Shown here: piece after piece, positions 22,503 through 32,800 of the stretch
How positions within the stretch are numbered: position 1 is the first letter of the stretch
Layout of the letters: the number at the start of each line of letters is the position of its first letter
From: Malassezia furfur
Taxonomy: Eukaryota
Assembly (NCBI GenBank): GCA_052055015.1
Contig: JBQJIT010000014.1
Strand: one strand, 5' to 3'
DNA: 64,000 nt
Notes under the pieces: generated by a model
What the model was told of the DNA's origin: nothing
What the model saw: the letters and a program-made list of their open reading frames with translations, nothing else
Databases searched by the model: none
Translations under genes and position numbers: made by a program

Positions 22503-24257
22503 ATGTCGCTCTTCCCGGTGGACAAGGCGCAGCTCCGCCCGCAGTTTGCGGCGTACCGGCTCAGTTCCGACGACGGACCCACGCAGCAATGCCATGCACT
22601 GCCGGTGCGTGCGGCCGCACATGGGAATACGGCCGCGCTGGGGTACAAGGAGCTCAAGGCGCGCGCTATGCACGGCGCTTTGGTGCCGCTCCCCGCATCA
22701 ACGCTCTTCGCGTATATGGACGCCGAGGGGTGGGTAACGCTCGTATCGACGGCACCGGTTGCGTTTGAGCGCATCTATCATGTAGGCGCATTTGCGACGC
22801 TATGTGTCGCTGACGACCGCACGCTGGTCGTCTGCGACGGCGACGCTGTCGCCCATGTAGCGGTCGAGGCCGCCTCCTTGCGTGCACAGGAGACGGCGCG
22901 GTACGCGGCACCAGATGTGCCGCTGCAGGCGGATGAACATGCAATGCCGTGGCGCGTCGTCGCGGCCTCGGGCGCGGATGTGCTTCTAGAACGCGCACGG
23001 CGCAAGGTCCAAACGGGGGTGACGCCGGGCCTCGGTGCGTCCTCTGGCACGCGGCACGCACAGACACAGACATGCTTCGATATAGCATTGCTGCGTGCCG
23101 GGCAGCCGGCTTGGCACTTTGTGGTCGACGAGCCTATAGCGTTCGCCTCGCTTGGCGACACCAGCGTCCTGGGCGCCGAAGCGCCGCTTGGGCCAGCTGC
23201 CGCGCCCGTCCAGAATGGCGCCGCCCCTGTCCGCGACACGCCACCGTACACTTGGTCACAGACCGAGGATACTGTCACCGTTGCCCTGGCCCTGCCTGCG
23301 TCCATCACCAAGCATGACATCCGCGTGCACTTCTCGCCAAAGGGACTGAGCCTCAGCCTCGCAATGCAACCGGCCAAGATCACCGAGCTGGATGTCGCTG
23401 CTGAGCCCCACTCCAGCACTGAAGACGCGCTGCGCAATGGCACATATGAGTCTCGGGCGCTGTGGGACCTGATCAACGTCGGCGAGAGCCTGTGGACCTG
23501 GGAACATGTACAGACGCGCACAGGCGGCGAAACGCACGTCACGGGTCTTCTCACGCTCCATCTCGCCAAAGTCCACGAAGGTACACGCTGGGCTCAGGTG
23601 CTCGAAGGCGATGATATTGCCGAGACGCTCGATCCTTCGGAGATGCTCATGATGCTCGAGGGGCTCGAAAAGTACACCGAAGGGCCAGGATCGTCAACCC
23701 TGCTGAACGACGGCCTCGAAGAGGAGGATGCTCTGGCCGGCACCCGCTTCGTTCTGTCCGAGGTGCACGCCGATGGCTCTGTGACGCAGGCCGAGCCATC
23801 AGATGCCGGGGTACTAATTGCGCGTCCCGCGCCTTCGAACATCCCTGCTTCCCGGCTCCTGCTCAAGTACGATGTCGATGGCATCGTGTATGCGCCGCCG
23901 CCGACCTCTGCACTCGCACCGTGGACACCTGAGGAGGTGGTCCCGGCGATCAGCTATGTGCTTGCCTCCAAACGTGATGCACACCCCGTGTACTTCTACA
24001 AGAACCCCGATGCATCTGCCTCGAATGTATTTGCCTTTGAGCCGCGGCAAAGCGCCTCGCACAGTGGTCTCGGGCACAATGCGTTTGTGTACTATACACC
24101 GCCAGGATCCAACGACGGTGTCAGCCGTGTGTTCCGCCTGGCAGACGACGTGGAGGGTACAGGCGCACTGCTGGGCGTCGGTGTGGCACCGGACGCGCGG
24201 CTCGTGTGTCTCTTTGAGTCGGTGCTGCTCGTGATCGACAATGCCCTATTTGTGTAG
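22503..24257 (+). CDS. NudC domain-containing protein 1-like (CS domain co-chaperone)
   Basis: CS domain PPYTWSQTEDTVTVAL...LWDLI...SLWTW...LTLHLAK...TRW. Later segments KYDVDG and ISYVLASKRD are typical of NudCD1. Confidence 0.8.
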   Translation: MSLFPVDKAQLRPQFAAYRLSSDDGPTQQCHALPVRAAAHGNTAALGYKELKARAMHGALVPLPASTLFAYMDAEGWVTLVSTAPVAFERIYHVGAFATLCVADDRTLVVCDGDAVAHVAVEAASLRAQETARYAAPDVPLQADEHAMPWRVVAASGADVLLERARRKVQTGVTPGLGASSGTRHAQTQTCFDIALLRAGQPAWHFVVDEPIAFASLGDTSVLGAEAPLGPAAAPVQNGAAPVRDTPPYTWSQTEDTVTVALALPASITKHDIRVHFSPKGLSLSLAMQPAKITELDVAAEPHSSTEDALRNGTYESRALWDLINVGESLWTWEHVQTRTGGETHVTGLLTLHLAKVHEGTRWAQVLEGDDIAETLDPSEMLMMLEGLEKYTEGPGSSTLLNDGLEEEDALAGTRFVLSEVHADGSVTQAEPSDAGVLIARPAPSNIPASRLLLKYDVDGIVYAPPPTSALAPWTPEEVVPAISYVLASKRDAHPVYFYKNPDASASNVFAFEPRQSASHSGLGHNAFVYYTPPGSNDGVSRVFRLADDVEGTGALLGVGVAPDARLVCLFESVLLVIDNALFV

Positions 24258-25140
24258 TTCCTGCGCTTGGGCCTCCACAGCACGAACCCAGCGCTGCTCC
24301 AGGTGTTTCTTGAGTAGAGGGAATGTCTTGAACGTTTGCTCTGTGTCGAGGTCAAGCAGGGGTCCTTTGAGGAGGTTTTCGTAGTAGCTTCGTGGGTGCG
24401 GAAGCGTACGCACCCCTTCGCTCGCCATCCTTTGCGCCTCAGAGAGGGGAAGCCAATATCCTGCGCGCGGATGGAACGAGAGGTAATGCTGCATGAGCCA
24501 TGCACGTACCTTTTTGTGTTTCATACGCTCTGATACGAGCTCGCCAGAGACAACCTGGGTCAGTATGCGACCTACATGGAGATGGACATGCCGCATCGAC
24601 GGGATGGAGTGGAAGCCGCAACGAATGTCCCACTCTACACCCTGGGCTGCCTCGCCGTCTTGCGCATAATCGCAGTCCTGTGGATGCTCTGGAGGTATAA
24701 CCAGCTGCCTCATGCCTTTGCGTATGCGGGCGACGAGCTGCGTCAGCCTGCCACGTACTCGATCGCTTGCGCGCTGGAGGCACTCGAGGATGAACGACGC
24801 GTGCCGACTAGCAAGCACGGAGCTGATCGAGTCCAGCTCGCGGGTGGGAATCTGAATGCGTTTTCGTTTCCCATTTTCAAGAACCTCGTCACAGTAGAAT
24901 GGCAGCCGGGGCAGCACAAGGAAATGGAACTGCGCCTTGGGGTAGCCATCGTAGATGGTATAGGTGTGCTCATCCGCGTCAATCAGCACCTGCTCCGGGA
25001 GCGCCGACTGGATTACTCTCACCACATACCTCTTCCGTGCGCGCTATTTGCTTGAGCGCTTGGGACCACGCGCCTGCGCCCAGCGTCCAGGGACGCGTGT
25101 GCCGCGCGAGCTGCAGGTGTCCCTGCGCACGCGCCATCAT
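24246..25140 (-). CDS. HNT3: Aprataxin (HIT-family DNA 5'-AMP hydrolase)
   Basis: Motifs WSQALKQIA, IYDGYPKAQFHFLVLP, GFHSIPSMRHVHLHV and KHKKHYLSF. Introns at 25008-25029, 24738-24758, 24555-24575 and 24489-24509. Confidence 0.9.
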
Positions 25141-25235
25141 GGTCGAGACCACGTGATCTGCAGGCCGCGGTCGTGTTGATTTTCTACGCTCGCGGCGAGG
25201 TGCAGCGGACCCAAGGGGTCCCGGCGTTGCTCACA

Positions 25236-26402
25236 ATGCCGACTCGCGCTGGAAGCCATCGTGCTGCTTCAAGTGCACAGCAAGATCCAATGCCCTCTGC
25301 ACCCATCCGCCGGTCACAGCGCCTCGCAAAGAAGAGCGAGAGCGAAATATCCAAGTATACCCCGCCGCCTGCGCCCAAGCTGGACGCGTCGCCTGTCGCA
25401 TTCGAGGGTCCCCGACCGACCTGGTTGACCGGCGATGAGCCCAAGCCGTCATCCCCATCTATTGCAGCGGAGGATGCCCCTAATCCCCATTATTTGCCTC
25501 CTCTATCTCTGCACGCGCTCGATGCGATGCCCACACAGCCTGGTGTGCGTGGGGTAGGCATTACCTCGGGCATGCCAAAGGCCACCAACAAGCCTGCATC
25601 CAAGGACGATGCGTCTAGCACCCCTGCCTCCTCCCGAGCCTCTTCTGACAAACAAGAACCCACCGACACACTCCTGCCTTTGGCGAAGGACATAAAGGTC
25701 CCGCAAACTCCCCGTCTCTTGCCACTGGTGGACGGCAAATTCCCGCCCAACGACCTCCCAGCACCGGACGGTATTCTTCATCGTGCGGATGACAAGGAGG
25801 CGCATGTCCTGAATCGTACCAGCCTGGAGTCGGCGCTATCCAAGCGAACCAAGGCGCAGCGGCCGCCGGTATCGCTTGATCGCATGCCGCAGGAATGTGG
25901 CCTGGCCGGTCTGGGTATTTCTATGCCGAGCCAAGAAAACAAGGCCCCTGAGGATGGCGTTGCCGGTGTCATGGACTATCTCGAACGACTTTCGCTCAAG
26001 AGCAAGCCGACAAGTCGGAAGCCATTTCGCGAGCGTTCCTCGGATATCAATGTGCTTTCCAGCCAGGGCACCGCCCATTCCTCGCTGTCCAAGACCAAGC
26101 AGTCATCCGCAAAGCCGCCCATGTCGACTTCGAAACCCAAGGTTGGCGATAAAGCACCCTTGCTGGACAAGGCGTCCAAAGTGGCCCCGTCGACCGCTGG
26201 CATGCCTTTGGGTATGCTCGACGAAAACGGGCGGCCCATTTCGTACAAGGCGCCCACTAAGCGCTACCCCACTTTCCCCGACCGGAAGCCGCGGAGCAGT
26301 GTGTCCGCTCCGCGTCTCCTACATGATCGCACAGCTTTTGCGGTACACCGCAGCTACACTCGGCCTGCCGTGGGCGCTGCGCGCCCCACTCTTCTTCGTT
26401 AA
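25236..26402 (+). CDS. Hypothetical Pro/Ser/Lys-rich, probably disordered protein
   Basis: Uninterrupted 388-codon ORF from ATG 25236 with low-complexity composition. No family recognised. Confidence 0.65.
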   Translation: MPTRAGSHRAASSAQQDPMPSAPIRRSQRLAKKSESEISKYTPPPAPKLDASPVAFEGPRPTWLTGDEPKPSSPSIAAEDAPNPHYLPPLSLHALDAMPTQPGVRGVGITSGMPKATNKPASKDDASSTPASSRASSDKQEPTDTLLPLAKDIKVPQTPRLLPLVDGKFPPNDLPAPDGILHRADDKEAHVLNRTSLESALSKRTKAQRPPVSLDRMPQECGLAGLGISMPSQENKAPEDGVAGVMDYLERLSLKSKPTSRKPFRERSSDINVLSSQGTAHSSLSKTKQSSAKPPMSTSKPKVGDKAPLLDKASKVAPSTAGMPLGMLDENGRPISYKAPTKRYPTFPDRKPRSSVSAPRLLHDRTAFAVHRSYTRPAVGAARPTLLR

Positions 26403-26535
26403 TCATGTATTATAGATATAGGCCAGTGGCTTTTTTTTATCTACGAGTTGGGTGCTCGTCACGGCACAAGGGCCGTCAGGGCATGCACCTGACCGTTCTG
26501 GCATTGGCCCTTCGTAGGCTTCCATGTGGAACGTT

Positions 26536-27906
26536 TTATGCGGTCGGCAGCGGGCCCATAGGGCACAGCTGGAAGAAACGCTCGCGTGGAATCCATACCA
26601 GGGCAGCGCGCTTGTGTCCAAGGTCAATCAGCTTTTCGACATGGCCTCCGCACATGCATTCGTACTCCACCATTTTGGTGTTGCTCGCCCGGGGCTCACT
26701 GACCACGCGCATCGTCCGTGGATCGAGCAGGAAAAGAAGGTGAATCACACCGCCCATCCAGGAACGCACGCGGTGAGGGCCACGGAAGCGCTCCTCACCC
26801 ACCAGTGCATGGAAGCCGCGGTCGTACTCATTCGCGACGTAAAAGTCGCGCAGGTTGCTCTGTTTTGCATGGTAGATCTCAAGGTAGCCAAACGGCTCAC
26901 CGTCCCACTCGCCAATAAGCGCCGTGCAGGAGGGCGAGGCCTCCTGCGCCGCAAGGTACTCGCGGTGCTTTTCGCGTGGCATGTCCTGCCGCCAGCCCGT
27001 GTTGACACGCTCACTCGCATGCCAACGATGGACCAAATCCACGTCAGTCTCGGACGACGAGCGAGCGAGACGGAACGTAAGCGTCTGCTTCAGCTCGGGA
27101 ATGTAGCGGCGGTATAGAGGTACCTGGGCATGCTGCAAGCTCCACAGCCCAAGCTTGGGAAGGCACGCTGCATACAGACTGCCAGGCGCAGAGCTGTCCG
27201 GCGCGGCACGAAGCATCTCGCTCACATTGGCCGCGCGCGGGTCCAGCTCAATGGCGGGCACCCATCCGCCCGCAGGCAGCGGACCGGCGCCCTGCCAGAA
27301 CGCCGCGCGCGACACCAGCACCGAGGCCGGCAGTGGGTCGGCGTCCGTGCACGCCGGGTTGGGCAGCGCCAACTCCGAGTGCAACAGCGGGGCGACCCAT
27401 GCCTCGGGCGAGATTGAGGGCTGTGTGGCAAGCACAAAGTACTCCTGGTCGGGCCACAATGTAAAGAAGACGTAGGCAAACGTCCAGACCTGGAGCAAGG
27501 TGAGCTGCGCCGGGGCCGCGAGCTCGACGTGCGCAAACCGCAAGGCACGTGCCTTTAAGGTATTGTCGTCCGGCTCCTGCGAGGGGTGTGTATAGGGAGC
27601 GGCAGGGGGCGCGACTTTCATGACGCCATCGTGCACGATCAGTGCGGATGGCTGTGCAGCCGACGGAGTTACGACGTGCAGGGGCCCATTTTGGTGCGCA
27701 GCGCTGCTGTCCGCGTGCGCGACATAGATGGTGAGCGTGGTGTCGCCATTCACCACGAGTGGGTAGGTTCCAGGTGCGACAGTCGTAGGCCAAACGCCCT
27801 TCTTCGCGAGCCAACCGGACATGGTGATCTGCAGCGGTGTTGCTCCACGTGCTGGGCGCCAAGATTTTTTTGTACGCCAACGGCCCCGGGTAGCGGAAAA
27901 TGGCAT
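26536..27906 (-). CDS. Siderophore N5-hydroxyornithine acyltransferase (IucB/AlcB GNAT; SidL/SidF/Fer5-like)
   Basis: Motifs HRWH..ERVN..W, GEWDGEPFGYLEIY, YDRGFHALVGEERFRG and LFLLDPRT.RVVSEPRASN. Start is 27906 or the downstream Met at 27822. Confidence 0.9.
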   Translation of the reverse strand: MPFSATRGRWRTKKSWRPARGATPLQITMSGWLAKKGVWPTTVAPGTYPLVVNGDTTLTIYVAHADSSAAHQNGPLHVVTPSAAQPSALIVHDGVMKVAPPAAPYTHPSQEPDDNTLKARALRFAHVELAAPAQLTLLQVWTFAYVFFTLWPDQEYFVLATQPSISPEAWVAPLLHSELALPNPACTDADPLPASVLVSRAAFWQGAGPLPAGGWVPAIELDPRAANVSEMLRAAPDSSAPGSLYAACLPKLGLWSLQHAQVPLYRRYIPELKQTLTFRLARSSSETDVDLVHRWHASERVNTGWRQDMPREKHREYLAAQEASPSCTALIGEWDGEPFGYLEIYHAKQSNLRDFYVANEYDRGFHALVGEERFRGPHRVRSWMGGVIHLLFLLDPRTMRVVSEPRASNTKMVEYECMCGGHVEKLIDLGHKRAALVWIPRERFFQLCPMGPLPTA

Positions 27907-28011
27907 GCGACCGTGCGTAATCGATCAAGATCGAGCGAGTTACCGGTCGTAGATCTGATGTGTGTCGCACAAAAGTCTGCCGATAAGTCGTCCGTTTCTT
28001 CTCACCGCAAC
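27907..28011. promoter_or_regulatory. Bidirectional promoter of the siderophore pair with GATA-type sites
   Basis: GATAAG at 27982-27987 and ATCTGAT at 27953-27959, similar to Urbs1/SreA iron-repressor sites. Confidence 0.5.
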
Positions 28012-29747
28012 ATGGGAGAGCGTGTGTATGATCTCGTTGGCATCGGCTTCGGTACGTGAGGAATACGCTTATCTAGGTCCGGCAAACCTGGCCTTGTGCA
28101 TCGCGCTCCATGAGAGCGACGAGGCAAAGATGAAGAACTTCTCTATGCTGTTCCTGGAGAAGCAGCCGCAGTTTGCCTGGTACGTGATGTGCTGACCCCA
28201 GGCACCCCTCGCTGCTTCTGCCCGGCGCACAGCTGCAAGTTTCGCCTATCAAAGACCTGGCGACGATGCGCGATCCGACGTCGGCCTATTCTTTCCTCAA
28301 CTTTTTGCACACGCAAGGCCGCCTTGCGCAGTACATCAACCGTGAGGAAAAGGTGCCGAGCCGTCGCGAATGGAGCGCGTACCTTGCGTGGGCCGCCCAG
28401 CGCATGGACTCGTACGTGCAGTACAACCGCGTCGTCACCGATATCGAGCCCGTCGAGCGGCACGGGAAGGTTGCGTTCCTCAAGGTGCTCGCCAAGAACC
28501 TGGCGACCGGCGAGCAGGAAACGGTGCTGGCACGCAATGTGACGACCGCGGTGGGCGGGAGCGCCAACGTCCCGGCCGTGTTCCGCGAGATGTACCAGTG
28601 GCCGCCGAAGAATCCCGACGAGGTCTCGCGTGTGGTGCATGCGTCGACGTTCCTACCGCAGATGGAACGGCTTGACAAGGTGCTGCAGCGTATCCAGCTT
28701 GACGAGCGCAAGGAGCCACTGCGTCTGGCCGTCGTGGGCGGTGGCCAGTCGTCTGCAGAGATGATGTGCTATCTGCGCGACCGCTTCCCCGAGGCCGACC
28801 TCGACATGATTGTGCGGGCCTCGGCGTTGGTGCCGTCGGACGACTCGCCCTTTGTGAACAGCGCGGCATTTGACCCCGAGAGCGTCACGACGTTCTGGGA
28901 GAGCAGCGCACGCGCGCGCCGCGCGCAGCTGGACGAGTTCAAGCGCACCAACTACTCGGTGATTCGGAGCGACCTCTTGTCGCAGGTGTACGAGATGGTC
29001 TACGACCAGGAGATCGACTACCACGACCCCTACATGGCGCCAAAGGGCACCGTGCGGGTCATGGCGAGCACGGCGCTGCTCGAGGCAAAGCAGCTCGATA
29101 ATGGCAAGATCCGCGTCACGACCACGACGACCGCCGGCGACAAAATTGTGCGCACGGACGAGTACGATGCACTGTTTCTCGGCACGGGCTTCCAGCGCGC
29201 GGCCAGCACCCTCCCCTTTGTCCATACACTCTCGGAGCACTTCCCCCTGCTCTCGGCGGAGGGCATGCGCGAGCTGCGCGAGCGCGAGCTGGCCGAGGAC
29301 GACCTGATTGCCACGTCGCCGGACCCCGATGCAGCGCGTGCAACGGCGCGCGGCATCACGCGCGACTACCGCCTGGTTCCGTCGAACCCCACGCGGTGGC
29401 GCCACGACGCGGCGTCGGCTGTGTCGCTGCACCCGTCGGTGCTGGAGCGTATCCCGCAGAGCCGCATGGGCCGCGAGGGCAGCCGCGAGAACAGCGTGGC
29501 GTCTGCGCGCCGCGGCGACTCGGGGTACAGCTCGAGTCCGCTGCCCGGCTCGCCGAAGCGTGAGCTGGGCGACGCGCTGCACCGGCCGGGCGCGCCGGCC
29601 AACGTGTATGTGTTTGGGTGCAACGAGTATACGCACGGCCTTTCCGACAGTCTGATGTCGATGGTCGCGCACCGTGCGGGGGTGGTGAGTGCGTCGCTGC
29701 TGGCGTCGACGCCGATGGCGGTCGGCGCGAGCGCCGCCGAGAAATGA
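28012..29747 (+). CDS. sid1: L-ornithine N5-monooxygenase (Sid1/SidA)
   Basis: Spliced N-terminus YDLVGIGFGPANLALCIAL (introns at 28052-28076 and 28180-28201). Motifs FAWHP.LLL, KDLATMRDP.S.YSFLN, VVGGGQSSAE, DDSPFVN, TNYS and THGLSDSL. Confidence 0.95.
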
Positions 29748-29888
29748 GGGCGAGTGACTGGCTTGCTGGCCGCGCGTATGCAGGCGCGGGCCGGTGCCGT
29801 GGAATGCGTCCATAGCTGCGTGGCCGAGTACGAATGCACCGCTTTCCCGGTCCGATGAAGCGAGAGTCCGCTACGACGTGGCGTGTCG

Positions 29889-32800
29889 CTACTTGCGCCG
29901 GACTGCCGGCGGGGTCATGTGGAAGGGACGGCGCACGTCCTGCGAGGTATAGTCCACATGCAGCGCGTCGTTGTAGCACGTCTTGAGGATGCGCAGGAAG
30001 CGGTCCGTCTCGCGCGCGAACGCATCCTCGCTCGCGCGCCACACCTGGCTGAGCACCTCGGCGAGCTCGTCGCGGTCGAGCGCGACCGGCGCACCGGCTG
30101 TGCCCGCGTCGTCGTCGTCGGCAAAGTGCTTTTGCACGCGCTTCGACATCGCCTCCACGGCCTTGCGCAGGTCCTTGGCGGTGTAGTCGCGCACGAGCTT
30201 CTTTGCCGAGGACTTCGAGTAGGCGCTGTGCAGCGTCACCTCGTTCGCGGGCGTCGTCTGGAGCAGCGCGTCGATGCCATTGCCGAAGTCGATCATCTTG
30301 CCGAGCGGGCGGCGCAGCACGGTCTGCATGTAGCCGCGGAGCGCATGCGCATACATTGCCTGGGCCTGCTCGCGCACCTGTACGAGCGCTGCGTTGGGCG
30401 GCAGGCCCGGCTGGATGCGTGTGTGGAGGTGGTGTGTGTTTTCGAGGAGGACGACGAGGTGGTGCAGCTGGCCCTTGTCGTCGTCGGCGCCGACCGCGCC
30501 GGCGCTCGAGAGCGACTGCAGCAGGGTGAACATGGCACGTGCGATCCGCTCGTACGCCTCGTTGATCGTCGTGCGCACCGGGAGGTCGTCGGCGTCCACG
30601 AGCTGCGCCTCGATGCGCTGCACTAACGGCGCAAACGACCGCACAAACGGCACAATGCCCTTGCGCTTCTTGAGCGCAAGCGGCGTGTGCTCCACAGCGT
30701 GCAGCTGCTCGTCGATGAGGCGGGTAACGTCCGCGTGCATGCGCGCAAGCACCTTGCCGAGCGCCCCCACCAGAAACTCGCCGCTGCGTCGCGCCGCCGA
30801 CTCGCGCACGACGCGCTCCGTCTCGGCGAGCATCCCGACGACGTGGATACGGTCGGCCGCTGCGACGCTCGCGACAAACGCGTCGAGCTCCGGCGTGAGC
30901 GCCGCAAACACCTGGCTCAGCGCACGTGTCATCTCTGTGCCGTCCGTTGCCGACGCCGACATGGTGATCACAGCGCGGTGGCGGTAGTGCGCCTCGAGGT
31001 CCATGTAGTCGGCAAACGTCACGTTCGAGTCGTTGATGTGCAGCAGGTCCGACAGGAACGCGTGCTCGTCCTGGATGCGCGCAACGAGTGCCGCATACAC
31101 GCGCTGCAGCGCCTCCCAGGGCAAAGTCTCTGCGCCGCGGCTCGGGCCGAGCACGCTCTTTTCGCGCTGCAGGCCGCCGCGCCGCGAGCGCTGTGCATCG
31201 TCGGTGAGCAGCTGCTGGCGCCACGCGGCCAGCACGCGCTGCAGCTCCACCTGGTAGAGGTACGCGGCGCTGCGCAGGTACAGCGAGGCGAGCTGGTCAA
31301 AGAGACCGGGCGTCGTCTCCTTCATGTAGAGCATCAGGCCGCAGTAGCGTCCCGCGGACTGCTCGAGCCGCTCGTGCGGCGGGAGCGTCGCGTTCGGCGC
31401 CGACGTCTGCCGCACCTCGTTGGGGTCGGCGAGCGTCGCCTTGACCTCGCGCTCGAGCACGTCGGCGACGCCGCGCACGACACGCGTGCTGAAGCGGTCC
31501 GCGAGCGTCTCGTACTGCTGCAGGCGCGAGGCCATCGTGCTCAGCTCCGTGCCCGCCTGGCGCATGTGCTGGTCGGGGCGCGTCTGCAGGATACTCTTGT
31601 ACAGCGTCGCGGCCGCCGCCTCGATCTGCGCCACGTCCGCGAGCGCCTCGACGTCGACGGTCGACAGCTGCCGCACCGTCTCGCTGTCGACATTGTCGCT
31701 CGCGAGCATCGTCTGGATCTCGTGCAGCAGCACACGCTGGTTCGACGTCTGCACCTGCAGCCCGCGGTTCTGGCTTTCGACGTACGCAATGTCCTCCGCA
31801 CGCGCGTTCAGCTCCCGCTTGTACCCGGCAATGCTCCCGTCCAGCTGGTCCAGATAGCTCAGCGCCGCGTCCATGTTGCGCAGCACCTCGCTAACGCGTT
31901 CGTCTGACTCAATCATCGCGTGGATGTTGGACGACTCCAGCGCCGCCAGCTCCTCCAGCAGGCGCGCCTCGATCACATCCGCCGTGCCTGCCTGGCTCTT
32001 GGCCGTGCGCACGTCGAGCGACAGGGTGCCGCCTTTCCACTCAAAGCCCTCTAGCATCTCCTCAACGTGCGTCAGCGTCGGGTTCTCCTTGCCGCCCGCC
32101 CGCCGCGCCGCCGCACTCTCGGCCGCAGTCGGTGCCAGCGCCGCAGCAGGGCGCGACAGTCCGGCGGGGCGCGCAGTGGGCGAGGCGCGCGCACTGGCCA
32201 AGTCGGTCTGGACGAGCGACGGGCGGCGCAGCACGTCGGCCGCCGCCGAGCGCGGCGGCGTTGCGGCCGCGTCGCGCTCGGAGACGACGCCCATCTGGGC
32301 GAGCACGTCCGAAGAGACTGCGGGGGGTATGCTGGGCTCGGTGGGCGCCGGTGCGGGCGATGGAGCGGGCGCCGACGCAAGCGCAGGAGCATGCGTAGGA
32401 GCGGGCGCTGGAACGGGCACCGGCGCCGGCAATGGGGCCGAACGCTCTGTGTGCCGTACGGACGATGCAACAGGCGGCTCCGCCTTGGGCACAGACACCG
32501 GCGGCTCAGCGCGGGGCGCAGGTGCCGCTCTCGGCGCCGGTTCTGGCCGCCGGACGGCCTCGGGTGACTCGGGCAGCGCGCCAGGGAATGCCGCCGGCAT
32601 GCTCTGGGGCGGTGACGCTAGCACCGGAGCCGGGGCGATCGGCGGCAGCTGCGGCGCCGCGCGCACCGGCGAGGTCGGCAGGGTCGTCGATACCGGCGAC
32701 GGTGCTGACGGCTCGAGCGCCTGCGGGGCAGGCGCGTGCGTCTGTACGGCGGGCGCGGGTTGTGGCGTAACGGTCTCGCCAAACGACCAGCCGACGCACC

